NCBI GenBank assembly: GCA_964600165.1
Contig: CAZRIP010000003.1
Coordinates: forward strand, 4,683-68,682
Direction of reading: 5' to 3'
Source: an uncultured Elusimicrobia bacterium
Lineage (GTDB): Bacteria > Elusimicrobiota > Elusimicrobia > UBA1565 > UBA9628
DNA length: 64,000 nucleotides
The notes under the pieces were generated by a model. It searched no databases, had not been told where the DNA came from, and worked only from the letters and a program-made list of their open reading frames with translations. The position numbers were made by a program, and so were the translations under genes. Shown piece by piece: positions 17,697 to 30,919 of this stretch (its first letter is position 1; each line of letters opens with the position of its first letter).

Positions 17697-17718
17697 TCAT
17701 CCGCCACGTGGCGGATGA
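17697..17718. repeat. 22-bp perfect palindrome TCATCCGCCACGTGGCGGATGA (copy 1 of a repeated 21-bp motif, CACGTG core)
   Basis: Perfect dyad. The same 21-mer CATCCGCCACGTGGCGGATGA recurs at about 49679-49699. It lies 4 nt beyond the nnrD stop and ~95 nt upstream of the tsaE start. Confidence 0.6.
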
Positions 17719-17721
17719 CGG

Positions 17722-18630
17722 TCACAGCCGCGAGAAAGCTTCGCCGAGAGACTCGACGACGTCTTGGGCGGTCATCGCGTGCGGGCCGAGGCGCTTTTCG
17801 GCGGCGTCGCCCGCGAGGCCGTGCAGGTGCGCCCCGAGCGCGGCGGCCAAGAAGGCCGTCTTGCCTTCCACGCGGGAAGAAGCGAGCATCTGCGCCCACA
17901 GCCCGGCGATGAGGCCGGTCAACACGTCGCCCGTGCCTCCTTTGGCCAGACCCGCTCCGCCCGTGGCGTTGGCGAGGACGCGCTCGCCGTCGCTGACGAG
18001 CGAGCGGTGGCCCTTGAGCAGCGTCACCGCGCTCCAATCGCGCGCCAGACGCAGAGCCGCGGCCTCGCGGTCCGCCATCACGGCGCGCGTCGAAGTCTTC
18101 AAGCAGCGCGCTGCCTCGCCCGGATGAGGGGTCAGCACGCAGGGCTCCTTGCGCGCGCCCATGAGCTCGCGCACGCCCGGGTCGTCCTCGCCCGCCAGAA
18201 TGTTGAGCGCGTCGGCGTCGATGACGGCCGGGACCGGCAGCGAGGCGAGCGCGAGCAAGACGAAGCGCTGCGTGTCGGGGTTCTGCGAGAGGCCCGGACC
18301 GATCGCGAGGACCGAATACTGACGCTCTTTGTGGGCGGCCTTGAGGCGCCCCACGCCGTCGGGGCGCAGGCAGCCCGCCGAGTTCTCGGGCAGCCCGAGC
18401 GTGAGCGCCTCGGGAACGTGGCCCGCCACGGCGGCCTGAAGCGAGGCCGGCACGGCGAGAGTCACCAGGCCCGCGCCCGAGCGCAGCGCCGCGCGCGCGC
18501 ACAAGATCGAGGCCCCGGCCATGCCGCGCGAGCCCGCCGCGATCAGGACGTGGCCGAAGGTGCCCTTGTGGTCGTCGACGCGGCGCGCGACGAGCGCGGC
18601 GCGCAGCTCTCCTTTAGATAGGAACTTCAT
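17722..18630 (-). CDS. nnrD: ADP-dependent (S)-NAD(P)H-hydrate dehydratase (stand-alone YjeF C-terminal domain)
   Basis: Carbohydrate-kinase-like fold with GGTGDVLTGLIAG. There is no N-terminal epimerase half. Confidence 0.8.
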   Translation of the reverse strand: MKFLSKGELRAALVARRVDDHKGTFGHVLIAAGSRGMAGASILCARAALRSGAGLVTLAVPASLQAAVAGHVPEALTLGLPENSAGCLRPDGVGRLKAAHKERQYSVLAIGPGLSQNPDTQRFVLLALASLPVPAVIDADALNILAGEDDPGVRELMGARKEPCVLTPHPGEAARCLKTSTRAVMADREAAALRLARDWSAVTLLKGHRSLVSDGERVLANATGGAGLAKGGTGDVLTGLIAGLWAQMLASSRVEGKTAFLAAALGAHLHGLAGDAAEKRLGPHAMTAQDVVESLGEAFSRL

Positions 18631-18959
18631 TGGCGGATCGCCACGGCGACGGCGTAGCGGTCGCTGTGCGACAGCGAGAGCTTGAAGCCCTTGGCGGGCT
18701 TGCCTTTGATCAGCACGCTCGGCTTGCCGCGCTCGTCGTTGGCGACGGAGATGTCCTTCAAGCTAAGGCCCTCTTTATCGATCGCCTTCCAGACCGCTTC
18801 CTTCGCCGCGAAGCGCACGGCGTAGTGCTGCCATGGCAGCTTCTTCGCGCCGCAGTAGGCGATCTCCGCCTTCGAGAAGACCCGGTCCAAGAACTTGGGC
18901 GTCTTTTTGACGAGGTCGCGCACGCGATCGATCTCGACGATGTCGAGGCCTATCTCCAT
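18627..18959 (-). CDS. acpS: Holo-[acyl-carrier-protein] synthase
   Basis: Start at the ATG at 18959 (MEIGLDIVEIDRV...). The upstream poly-Arg stretch is read-through. 110 aa. Confidence 0.85.
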   Translation of the reverse strand: MEIGLDIVEIDRVRDLVKKTPKFLDRVFSKAEIAYCGAKKLPWQHYAVRFAAKEAVWKAIDKEGLSLKDISVANDERGKPSVLIKGKPAKGFKLSLSHSDRYAVAVAIRQ

Positions 18960-19358
18960 CAGAGCTGCTGCACGAAGCGCAGCTTGACGCCCTGCGGCAC
19001 GCGCCCCTCGACGACGGCGACGACGTCGGCGCACCAGCTGCTCGAGCCGCCGCCGTTGGTGATCGGCACCTGCGCGTCGTTAGACCAGACGAGCGGCTGC
19101 GATTGCCGGCCGGACAGATACGAGACGCCCTTGGCCGGGTGATCGACGCACCAGACGACGGGCTTGCCGGCTTCGGCCGTCTCGTAGGTCATCGGCCAGA
19201 GCTTGGCCTGCTCGACGAGCGGCGCGACGGCCCGCCGCGCCGTGTTTTTCTCGGATATCTGGGTCCCGAAAAAGCTCCACGGGAACTCGCAGAGCGCGAC
19301 GAAAACGATCGCGGCGAGCGAGGCGAACGCGGCGCGCCGGAGAGCGTCTTGCCGGCCG

Positions 19359-21224
<1,866 letters not shown>

Positions 21225-21245
21225 GTCTGTCTCTAGTCTATCCTT

Positions 21246-21977
21246 TTAATTGATCAGGCCTTTCATCTCCGTCACGGCCGATTTCAGGCCGACGAAGACC
21301 GAGCGCGCGACGATCGAGAAGCCGATGTTGAGCGCTTGGAGATGCGGGATGCGGGAGACGGCCTGGACGTTGTGATAATCGAGGCCGTGGCCGGCGTGAA
21401 GGTTCAAGCCCATCTCGTGGGCGAGATAGCCCGCGAGCTCGAGGCGCTCGAGTTCGGCCTTGGCCTTGTTCTTGCCCTCGGCGGTCGTATAAGCGGTCGT
21501 GCAGAGCTCGACCGTGTCGGCGCCCAAGGCCTTGGCCTGGCGAACGGCCGCCGCCTCGGGATCGACGAAGAGGCTCACCTCGATGCCGGCCGCTTTGAGC
21601 TTCTCGACCGTTTTGCCCAGGCTCTTCATAGAGCGCAGGTCGAGTCCGCCCTCCGTCGTGACTTCCTGGCGCTTCTCGGGGACGATGCAGATGGATCCCG
21701 GCTTGGCCTTGAGCGCGATCTGCACGATCTCCGGCACATCGGCCATCTCGAGATGCGTCTCGCCCTTGAGGCGGCAGAGCTTGAACAAATCATCGTCCTG
21801 AAGATGCCTTCGGTCCTCGCGTAGATGGCAGACGATCATGTCCGCCCCCGCGGAGCGCGCGACCTGCGCGGCCGCGATGGGGTCGGGGTCGATGTCGCGG
21901 CGGGCTTGGCGCAGCGTCGCGACGTGGTCGATGTTGACGCCGAGCTTGACGGGGCGGCCGAATTTCGAGGCGGTCAT
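21246..21977 (-). CDS. pdxJ: Pyridoxine 5'-phosphate synthase
   Basis: LGVNIDHVATLRQARR is the PdxJ signature. 243 aa. Confidence 0.9.
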   Translation of the reverse strand: MTASKFGRPVKLGVNIDHVATLRQARRDIDPDPIAAAQVARSAGADMIVCHLREDRRHLQDDDLFKLCRLKGETHLEMADVPEIVQIALKAKPGSICIVPEKRQEVTTEGGLDLRSMKSLGKTVEKLKAAGIEVSLFVDPEAAAVRQAKALGADTVELCTTAYTTAEGKNKAKAELERLELAGYLAHEMGLNLHAGHGLDYHNVQAVSRIPHLQALNIGFSIVARSVFVGLKSAVTEMKGLIN

Positions 21978-23347
21978 GGGCGGGCTCCTTGCATGGATGC
22001 TACTTCTTCTTCGAAGGCGTCGGCGAGTTGCTTGGCCAGCTCCTTGACGCGGGAGCGGCTCGGGCCTTCGATCATGATGCGTAAAAGCGGCTCGGTTCCG
22101 GAGTAGCGCAAGACGACGCGGCCATTGTCGCCGAGCTCGGACTCGATCTTCTTGACCAGCGCTTGGACGCTTCCGAGAGAATCCAGGCGCGGCTTGGCGG
22201 CGACGCGGAGATTGACGAGCACCTGAGGCACGGCGCGAAACGCCTTTCGCACGTTCGAGAGCGGCTTGCCGGAGTCGCGCAGCGCGGCGAGGGTCTGCAG
22301 CGCGGTGAGCATGCCGTCGCCGGTCGCGGCGAAGCGCCGGAAGATGACGTGCCCCGAGGCCTCGCCGCCGAGCGAGAGGCCGTCTTTCTCGATCGCCTCG
22401 GTCACGTTGCGATCGCCGACGGGGACGCTGACGACGCGGATGCCTTGCTCGTTGAGCGCGTTGACCAAGCCGACGTTCGACATGATCGTCAGCACGACGG
22501 CGTCCTTCTTGAGAAGCCCTTGGCGGCGCAGCCGCTGGGCCGAGAAGCAGATGATCGCGTCGCCGTCGAGCAGCGCGCCCGTTTCATCGGCGAAGATCGC
22601 GCGGTCGGCGTCGCCGTCGAAGCAGACGCCGCAATCCGCGCGCCGGCGGCGGACTTCCTTGCTCATCGCGGACGGATGCAGCGCGCCGCAGCCCGCGTTG
22701 ATGTTCTTGCCGTCGGGTGCGCAAGAAAGCGGGAACACCTCGGCGCCGAGGCTCTCGAAGAGCGCGGGCGCGAACGCGGACGCGGCGCCGTTGGCGCAAT
22801 CGACGATCAGGCGCAGGCCCGAGAGGTCCGTCGTCGCCGGGAAGGTGCTTTTTAGGAAATCGACATAGCCCCGCGACAGCTTGGCGCCGCTCTCCGCTTT
22901 CGCGCCGGTGCCGCCGAAGCGCGTCTTCTCGGTCTTCAAGATCGCCTCGATGCGGTCTTCGGTGTCGGGATCCATCTTGTAGCCCGCGGCGTCGAAGAAC
23001 TTGACGCCGTTGAACTCGGCCGGGTTGTGGCTCTCGGAGATGACCGCGCCGCCGATGGCGCCTTGCCGGGGGACGAGATAGGAGACGCCGGGAGTCGGGA
23101 TCACGCCGAGATCGATCGCCCGCACGCCGGAGTCCGCGAAGCCCGCGACGACGGCGCGCAAGAGGGACGGGCCCGAGCCGCGCGTGTCGCGACCGATGAG
23201 CATCGCGGGCGCCGTCCCGTTGCGCTTGACGCCCTGCTGCATGATCTTGGCCGCGATCGCGGCGATGCGCCGGACGTTGCTCTCCGTGAGGGGTTCTTGC
23301 CCGGGAATCCCGCGCACGCCGTCGGTGCCGAAGAGCCGCTCGCTCAT
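21974..23347 (-). CDS. glmM: Phosphoglucosamine mutase
   Basis: MSERLFGTDGVRG and the phosphoserine loop ISESHNPAEFNG. Start at an internal ATG (track coordinate about 23347). The upstream 32 codons are an Arg/Gly-rich TTG-initiated extension. Confidence 0.9.
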   Translation of the reverse strand: MSERLFGTDGVRGIPGQEPLTESNVRRIAAIAAKIMQQGVKRNGTAPAMLIGRDTRGSGPSLLRAVVAGFADSGVRAIDLGVIPTPGVSYLVPRQGAIGGAVISESHNPAEFNGVKFFDAAGYKMDPDTEDRIEAILKTEKTRFGGTGAKAESGAKLSRGYVDFLKSTFPATTDLSGLRLIVDCANGAASAFAPALFESLGAEVFPLSCAPDGKNINAGCGALHPSAMSKEVRRRRADCGVCFDGDADRAIFADETGALLDGDAIICFSAQRLRRQGLLKKDAVVLTIMSNVGLVNALNEQGIRVVSVPVGDRNVTEAIEKDGLSLGGEASGHVIFRRFAATGDGMLTALQTLAALRDSGKPLSNVRKAFRAVPQVLVNLRVAAKPRLDSLGSVQALVKKIESELGDNGRVVLRYSGTEPLLRIMIEGPSRSRVKELAKQLADAFEEEVASMQGARP

Positions 23348-24163
23348 GAGGCTCCCGAGACGCTCGCCCAAAAAGCGAATGCCTTTCGCGTCGCGCCCAC
23401 GTCGTGGACGCGCGCCACGCGCACGCCCCGTTGCGCGGCCCAAACGGCGGCGGCGAGCGACCCCGGCAGCCGATCTTCGGGGCCGGAATCCGGCGAGATC
23501 TTGCCGAGGAACGACTTGCGCGAGGCGCCGAGGACGACCGGCGCGAGTTTCGCCAGCTCGCCCAGGTGCTTGAGCAGCGAGAGATTGTGCTCGAGCTCCT
23601 TGCCGAAGCCGATGCCGGGGTCGATCAGGACCTTGGCGGCGTCTCCGCCGGCTTTGGCGAACGCGGCGACGCGCTCCTCCAGAAAATCGCGGACTTCGCG
23701 CACGACGTCGCGGTAGCGCGGCGCTTGCTGCATCGTCTTCGGGCTCTCGCCCAGCATGTGCATGACGATCACCGCGTCGAACTTCACGGCCTCGTCCATC
23801 ATTCGGCTGCTTCTAAGAGCCAGCACGTCGTTGAGGATCGAGGCCCCGGCCTCGCGCGCCGCGCGCGCGACGATCGCCTTATCGGTGTCGACCGAGAGCA
23901 AGACATCCGTCTTGCTCTTGATCTCCTCGATGACCGGCAGGACGCGCGCGAGCTCCTCGTCGATGGAAACCGGCTCGGAGCCGGGCCGCGTCGACTGGCC
24001 GCCCACGTCGAGGATGTCGGCCCCTTCCTCGATCATCTTCAGCGCGCGGGCGACGGAGGTTTCTTTCGAGGGCGTCCTGCTCCCCGGGAAAAAAGAGTCC
24101 GAAGTGACGTTGACGACGCCCATGATCAGCGGGACCGCGCGCCCGCCGAACAGCGGGGCGACG

Positions 24164-24192
<29 letters not shown>
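23344..24192 (-). CDS. folP: Dihydropteroate synthase
   Basis: GVVNVTSDSFFPGS...ILDVGGQSTRPG are the pterin-binding DHPS motifs. Confidence 0.9.
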
Positions 24193-25966
<1,774 letters not shown>

Positions 25967-25969
25967 TTT

Positions 25970-26515
25970 CTAGCCTTTGTACACGCCGACGTACGGAAGA
26001 TTCCGGTAGCGCTCGTTGTAATCGAGCCCGAAGCCGACGACGAACTCATTGGCGATCTTGAAGCCCACGTACTTCGCCTCGATCTTCGCCTTGCGGCACT
26101 CCGGCTTGTCGAGAAGCGCGCAGATCTCGACCGACCGGGGATGGTGAGCCTTCAGCGTTTCCTTAAGAGAGCTCAACGTCAGGCCCGTGTCGATGATGTC
26201 CTCGACGATCAGCAAATCTTTGCCTTCGGCGCTCTCGCGCAGATCGAGAAGCACGCGGATCATGCCGGTCGAGCTGCTTCCTGAATAAGAAGAGACGCAG
26301 ATGAAATCGACCGTGCAGTCCTCGTGCTCGATCGCGCGCATCAGATCGGCGAGGAACACGACGCTGCCCTTCAAAATGCCGACGAGCGTGAGCTTTCGCC
26401 CCGCGTAATCGCGCGAGATCTCCCGGCCCAGTTCCTTAATACGAGCCTTGATGCGGGACTCGTCGAGGAGGATACGAGAGATGTCGGGATGGGCCGGTGC
26501 GGCGTTGGTGGCCAT
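25970..26515 (-). CDS. hpt: Hypoxanthine phosphoribosyltransferase
   Basis: Start at the ATG at 26515 ([17 protein letters not shown]...). PRPP-binding [13 protein letters not shown]. The 78 upstream codons are low-complexity read-through. Confidence 0.9.
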   Translation of the reverse strand: MATNAAPAHPDISRILLDESRIKARIKELGREISRDYAGRKLTLVGILKGSVVFLADLMRAIEHEDCTVDFICVSSYSGSSSTGMIRVLLDLRESAEGKDLLIVEDIIDTGLTLSSLKETLKAHHPRSVEICALLDKPECRKAKIEAKYVGFKIANEFVVGFGLDYNERYRNLPYVGVYKG

Positions 26516-26531
26516 CGACGAAATAGGATAA

Positions 26532-27746
26532 CTAAAACGTGTGCCCGAAGACAAGGTAAACCAGCCCGACGTCCTCGTTGCTGAAGCCGACGTCGAGGCG
26601 CGCGACGATGGCGTCGCCGATCTCGGCGCGCAGTCCGGTCCCATAGCTGTAGCGAAACTCGTCGACCTCGCGCGGAAGGTTCCGGGACGGCACGTTGAAA
26701 TCGCGGGAAACCTGCGCGTCGCTGATAAAGACCTCGCCGATGTCGCCAAAGAGGACGCCGTCGATCTGCACGTCCCAAAGATTCCGGAATGTAAACGTGG
26801 CCAGCCGGTTGCGATATTCCGTGTTGATCACGAGCTTGCCGCGCCCGAGGAACCTGTTCGGGAAGAAGCCTCGCATGTCGTTGGGCCCGCCGAGGGTGGC
26901 GAGCTCGAAAAACGGGATGTAGCGATTGCGTCCGACGACCTCCTCGCCGCCGACGTGCACGCCGAGAACGCGCTGCGGCCCGAGGATCGGATAGAGGTAG
27001 CTCGCGTCGAGCGTGTAGCGGAAGAAATGAAAATCGTTGGCGAGGTTTTGATTGACGTACTCGAAGGTGCCGATGGCGCTCCAGCCGCGGGTAGGGCGCG
27101 TGACGCTGCGGCGCTCGTTGTATACGAGCGAGACGATCATCGGGTTGGTGCGGCCGCCGTCGAGCCCGATGAGGTTCGGGAAGGCGTCGACCACCGAGGG
27201 GATCGCCTCAACGGAGCGCCCGCGGGAGATCTTCGTCTGCCTCGGGCCCGCGGAGAACGCGCCGACCAAGTCGTCGGTCAAATGCCAGCCGAAGGTCGCC
27301 AGCGCGCGCTGCCGTTCGATCTCATAGTAGGCGATCGGATTGCGCACGAGGTTGTTGCCGATGCCGAAGAAGAGCTCCTTGGGGCTCAAGTAGTAATGAT
27401 ACTCGTCGACGTTGAGCGTCCGGGGCCCGAACGGCCGCGGCACGACGATCGTCGCGTCGACGCCGCGCTGGCTCTTGAGCGCGGCGTTGAACTCGAGGTC
27501 CACGGTCGCTTGATGGCTCGTCAGATCGCGCCCCGTGAACTTGAAGCCCCCGTTGAAGCTCTGGTCGGGACTATAGCCGAACTCGGGAAGGACCGCCCAG
27601 TTGTTCGAGCTCGCCGTGGCCGACGACAGGTGCTGGCTCGGGATCATGTCGCTGATCTCGCGCTGCGTGCCGATGCCGTCTTCCGCGCGGGCGGACGGAG
27701 AGAGCGCCAGCAAGGCGAGCAGTAAAATCGGAGGCACCTGGAGCAT
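26532..27746 (-). CDS. Outer-membrane beta-barrel protein, Omp85/BamA-like (surface antigen D15 family)
   Basis: Start at the ATG at 27746 (MLQVPPILLLALLALSPSARA, a signal peptide). Amphipathic beta-strand pattern. Ends ...VFGHTF with a terminal Phe, as outer-membrane proteins do. Confidence 0.6.
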   Translation of the reverse strand: MLQVPPILLLALLALSPSARAEDGIGTQREISDMIPSQHLSSATASSNNWAVLPEFGYSPDQSFNGGFKFTGRDLTSHQATVDLEFNAALKSQRGVDATIVVPRPFGPRTLNVDEYHYYLSPKELFFGIGNNLVRNPIAYYEIERQRALATFGWHLTDDLVGAFSAGPRQTKISRGRSVEAIPSVVDAFPNLIGLDGGRTNPMIVSLVYNERRSVTRPTRGWSAIGTFEYVNQNLANDFHFFRYTLDASYLYPILGPQRVLGVHVGGEEVVGRNRYIPFFELATLGGPNDMRGFFPNRFLGRGKLVINTEYRNRLATFTFRNLWDVQIDGVLFGDIGEVFISDAQVSRDFNVPSRNLPREVDEFRYSYGTGLRAEIGDAIVARLDVGFSNEDVGLVYLVFGHTF

Positions 27747-28893
27747 GAGACGCGCGATGGCGGTGAAAGTGTCGCATTTTACAATCAAAAGCGAAAACTG
27801 GTACAAGCTCAGTGTGAATCGAAGAGTCTTGGTTCTTTGCGGCGGGCGCTCGGCCGAGCGCGACGTCTCGCTCGTCTCGGCGCGCACCGTCGTCGCCGCG
27901 CTGGGCCGGCGCTATCGAGTGGACGTCGTCGCGATCGACGCGCGGGGACGCTGGCGCCTCGCATCGCCCGAGCTCTTGAGCGCGCGCGTGAGCGAGACCG
28001 GCGGGCGCTTCGACCGCTGCCGAGTCCTCGAGGGACCGGCGCGCTTCGCGCCCAAGGGACGCCGCGCCGACGTCGTGTTTCCCGTTCTGCACGGCCCTCT
28101 CGGCGAGGACGGCACGATGCAGGGCCTTTTGGAGGTCGAGGGCATTCCCTACGTCGGCTGCGGCGTGCTCGGCTCCTCGGTCGGAATGGACAAGGAGTAC
28201 ACGAAGATCGCGGCCGAGCGCGCGGACCTGCCGATCCTGCCGTGGGGCGTGATCCGCGATCCGCGCGCGGCGGGCGCGCTCGCGCGGCGCTTGGGCTACC
28301 CGGTCTTCGCCAAGCCGGCGCGCATGGGCTCGTCGGTCGGGGTCTCGAAGGTCAAGAAGCCCGCGGAGCTCGCCGCGGCGATCAAGCTGGCGCTGCGCTA
28401 CGACGACAAGGCGATCCTCGAGAAAGGCGTCGCCGCGCGAGAGATCGAGACGGCGGTCCTCGGCGACCCCTGGGCCGGCGCTTCGGGCCCGCTCGCTCTC
28501 AGAGCCTCGATCTGCGGCGAGATCGTTCCCTCGTCGAACTACGAGTTCTACGATTACCGGTCGAAATACCTCGATCCGAACGGCTCGTCGCTGGCCATGC
28601 CCGCGCCGATCACGAAGGCGCAGTCGGACGAGGTTCGTTCCCTCGCCTCGCGCGCCTTTCGCGCGCTCGACTGCTACGGCATGGGCCGCGTCGACTTCTT
28701 GATGGACAAGAAGTCCGGCAAGATCTACTTCAACGAGATCAACACGATCCCGGGCTTCACGGCGATGAGCATGTACCCGTTGCTCTGGAAGGAGTCGGGC
28801 CTGCCGATCGAGAGGCTCGTCGACCGCCTGATCGTCCTCGCCCTGCGCCGCCAAAAGCTCCGCGCGCGCATCTCGATCGCGCCGGGCGCGTAG
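27745..28893 (+). CDS. ddl: D-alanine--D-alanine ligase
   Basis: VLCGGRSAERDVSLVS...HGPLGEDGTMQGLLE...NEINTIPGFT are Ddl motifs. First ATG at 27745, with GGAGG 11 nt upstream. The start is divergent from, and 2 nt overlapping, the Omp85-like gene. Confidence 0.85.
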   Translation: MRRAMAVKVSHFTIKSENWYKLSVNRRVLVLCGGRSAERDVSLVSARTVVAALGRRYRVDVVAIDARGRWRLASPELLSARVSETGGRFDRCRVLEGPARFAPKGRRADVVFPVLHGPLGEDGTMQGLLEVEGIPYVGCGVLGSSVGMDKEYTKIAAERADLPILPWGVIRDPRAAGALARRLGYPVFAKPARMGSSVGVSKVKKPAELAAAIKLALRYDDKAILEKGVAAREIETAVLGDPWAGASGPLALRASICGEIVPSSNYEFYDYRSKYLDPNGSSLAMPAPITKAQSDEVRSLASRAFRALDCYGMGRVDFLMDKKSGKIYFNEINTIPGFTAMSMYPLLWKESGLPIERLVDRLIVLALRRQKLRARISIAPGA

Positions 28894-28900
28894 GCGCCGG

Positions 28901-28956
28901 TCTGAACTATCGCCGGCGATAGTTCAGATCTCGACTCACCCCGGGGTAAGTCGAGA
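28901..28956. terminator. Two adjacent 28-bp palindromes between the convergent ddl and SDR genes (putative bidirectional terminator hairpins)
   Basis: TCTGAACTATCGCC|GGCGATAGTTCAGA (perfect) is followed immediately by TCTCGACTCACCCC|GGGGTAAGTCGAGA (one mismatch). There is no clear U-tract. Confidence 0.3.
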
Positions 28957-28964
28957 TTCCCCGA

Positions 28965-29756
28965 TCAGAACGGCGAGCGAGTACGTCCCCCATCCACCGC
29001 GAGCGCTTGGCCCGTGATGTAGGACGCCGACGTCGAGGATAAGAACGCCACGGCTTGGCCGAGCTCGCGCGGATCGGCGAGGCGCCGCAGCGGCACCGAC
29101 GCCGCCCAGATCTCGTAGACCTTGGCCGTCGACACGCCGCGCCGGGCGGCCGCGGACTTGGCCAGCTCTTCTAATCTTTCCGTCGTCGTGTAGCCCGGCA
29201 GCACGGAGTTGACGGTGATCCCGTCGGGGCCGAGCTCGTCGGACAAGGTCTTCGCGAGCGAGAGCATGCCCGTGCGCAGCACGTTCGAGATGGCGAGGTT
29301 CTCGATCGGCATCTTCGCGGAGGTCGAGCCGATCATCACGATCCGTCCCCAGCCCGCCTTCTTCATCGACGGCGCGACGAGCCGGCTCAAGCGCGCGAAA
29401 GAAAGAAGGTTGCGCTCGAAGCCCTCGCGCCACTCGGCGTCGGTCGCCTCCAGGGCCGGTCCTTCGGGCGGCCCGCCGGCGTTGCATACGAGGACGTCGA
29501 CGCGGCCGAAGCGCTTGAGCGTGCCGTCGATCCAGCGCTTGGATTGCTGCGTGTCCTCGACGTCGGCCGCGAAAGCCGCGACCTCGACGCGCGTCTTGCC
29601 GGCGATCTCGGCGGCCGCGGCCTTGGCGCGCGCCAGGCTGCGCGAGGCCACGCTCAGCTTCGCCCCCTCCTGCGCGAGGGCCAGCGCCGAGGCTTTGCCC
29701 AAGCCCGCGCTCGCGCCCGCGACGACCGCCACTCTTCCGGAAAGACCTAAATTCAT
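28965..29756 (-). CDS. SDR-family oxidoreductase (FabG-like)
   Basis: Cofactor-binding VVAGASAGLGKA, NAG motif CNAGG, and a Ser-Tyr-Lys catalytic region. Confidence 0.75.
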   Translation of the reverse strand: MNLGLSGRVAVVAGASAGLGKASALALAQEGAKLSVASRSLARAKAAAAEIAGKTRVEVAAFAADVEDTQQSKRWIDGTLKRFGRVDVLVCNAGGPPEGPALEATDAEWREGFERNLLSFARLSRLVAPSMKKAGWGRIVMIGSTSAKMPIENLAISNVLRTGMLSLAKTLSDELGPDGITVNSVLPGYTTTERLEELAKSAAARRGVSTAKVYEIWAASVPLRRLADPRELGQAVAFLSSTSASYITGQALAVDGGRTRSPF

Positions 29757-29802
29757 ATAATGTCCTCCTCTTTAGCCCAGCGCACATACTATGTTTTTTC
29801 CC

Positions 29803-29830
29803 CGAACCTTTTCGCGCGCCGGCCGTATTA
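29803..29830 (+). promoter_or_regulatory. Candidate ECF-type promoter for the sigma factor gene (CGAACC-N17-CGTATT)
   Basis: The -35-like GAACC and -10-like GTATT are spaced 17 nt apart, ~20 nt upstream of the GTG at 29850. The SD AAGGGA lies 7 nt upstream of that GTG. By eye only. Confidence 0.25.
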
Positions 29831-29849
29831 TTAGTGAAGGGACGGGTCG

Positions 29850-30431
29850 GTGGAGGCGCGGTTGAGCCCGAAGCAGTCTCGCGGACGCGCCGAGGCCTTC
29901 CCGGAGCTGATCCGGCTTTACGGCGAGAAGGCGTATAACTTCGCGTTCCGCCTGGCCGGCAACGAGCCCGACGCGCGGGACTTGACGTCAGAGGCCTTCG
30001 CGCGCGCGTTCGAGCATTTCAGCTCCTACGATCCGTCCAAGCCGTTCGATTCGTGGCTGCTGCGCATCTTGCGCAACATCTACCTCGACGGCGTGAGGCT
30101 TTACTCGCACGGTCACAGCGTCTCGCTCGACGCGGCGGCGCCGGTCGAGGGCTCGTCCTGGGAAGAGATACTTCCCGGCGATGATCCCGAGCTCGGCTCC
30201 GGCATCGAGCGGAAGCAAACCGACGAGCTGGTGCAGAAGGCGCTGGACGCTTTGCCGGTGCATTACAAGACGGCCGTGACTTTGTGCGACGTAGAGGGCC
30301 TTTCATACGAGCAGATCGGAGAGATCATGGCCTGCCCGGTCGGGACGGTCAGGTCCAGGATCCACGAGGGCCGCAAGATCATGAAAGAGACGTTTGAGAA
30401 GCTCGAAAAGAGCGGGGGACGAGCGCAATGA
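29850..30431 (+). CDS. RNA polymerase sigma-70 factor, ECF subfamily
   Basis: Region 2 (FPELIRLYGEKAYNFAFRL...DLTSEAFARAF) and region 4 (LPVHYKTAVTLCDVEGLSYEQIGEIMACPVGTVRSRIHEGRK). Confidence 0.85.
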   Translation: MEARLSPKQSRGRAEAFPELIRLYGEKAYNFAFRLAGNEPDARDLTSEAFARAFEHFSSYDPSKPFDSWLLRILRNIYLDGVRLYSHGHSVSLDAAAPVEGSSWEEILPGDDPELGSGIERKQTDELVQKALDALPVHYKTAVTLCDVEGLSYEQIGEIMACPVGTVRSRIHEGRKIMKETFEKLEKSGGRAQ

Positions 30432-30919
30432 ACGAGCACGATGAAGGCCAGCTGCTGTCGGCCTATCTCGACGGAGAGCTGTCCGCCGACGAGAACGCTC
30501 GCGTGAAGGTCCACCTCGACGGCTGCCCCGGCTGCCGCGTCGATCTCGAGGGCCTGCGCCACGCCAAGCACTTGCTCGCCGCCGCCCCGCGGCGCGCCAT
30601 GCCTCCCGAGCTCATCGCCGATTTGAACGAGCGCCTCGAGGCCCCGACCCTCGCCGACCGGTTGTTCGCCTGGCGCCGCTCGCCGCGCGTCATGGTCCCG
30701 GCGGGCGCGTTCGCGGCGCTCGCGCTGGCCGCCGCCTCTTGGTTCGTCTGGCAGAGCCGCGAGCCCGACCAATTCGTCCCGCTCGAGCCTCTTCTCGCCG
30801 CCCACTCCCGCTACGAAGCCGAGTCGCTCGTGCCGCAAGGAAGCCTCGTCGCGTCGAGCTACGCCTCGAATTTGACGGCCTTCTATGCGGATGGGCAGGA
30901 TCAAGACTCCGCTGAATAA
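30428..30919 (+). CDS. Transmembrane zinc-binding anti-sigma factor (HxxxCxxC 'ZAS' motif)
   Basis: LSAYLDGELSADENARVKVHLDGCPGCR is the HxxxCxxC zinc motif. One TM helix (AGAFAALALAAASWFVW) and a short C-terminal exo-domain. 4-nt overlap with the sigma gene. Confidence 0.7.
   Translation: MNEHDEGQLLSAYLDGELSADENARVKVHLDGCPGCRVDLEGLRHAKHLLAAAPRRAMPPELIADLNERLEAPTLADRLFAWRRSPRVMVPAGAFAALALAAASWFVWQSREPDQFVPLEPLLAAHSRYEAESLVPQGSLVASSYASNLTAFYADGQDQDSAE

Noticed and set aside
17697-17718. Palindrome B as an intrinsic terminator for nnrD
   Set aside because: No U-rich tract follows it on the nnrD transcript strand. An identical copy sits in front of xseA after a separate, proper terminator.
21225-21245. 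glmS ribozyme upstream of glmS
   Set aside because: Only 21 nt separate glmS from pdxJ, so there is no room for the ~150-nt ribozyme.
26541-28922. Overlapping ORFs 26541-27725 +, 27571-28854 - and 27837-28922 + around the Omp85-like and ddl genes
   Set aside because: Antisense or alternate frames of genes with clear homology. Arg-rich composition.
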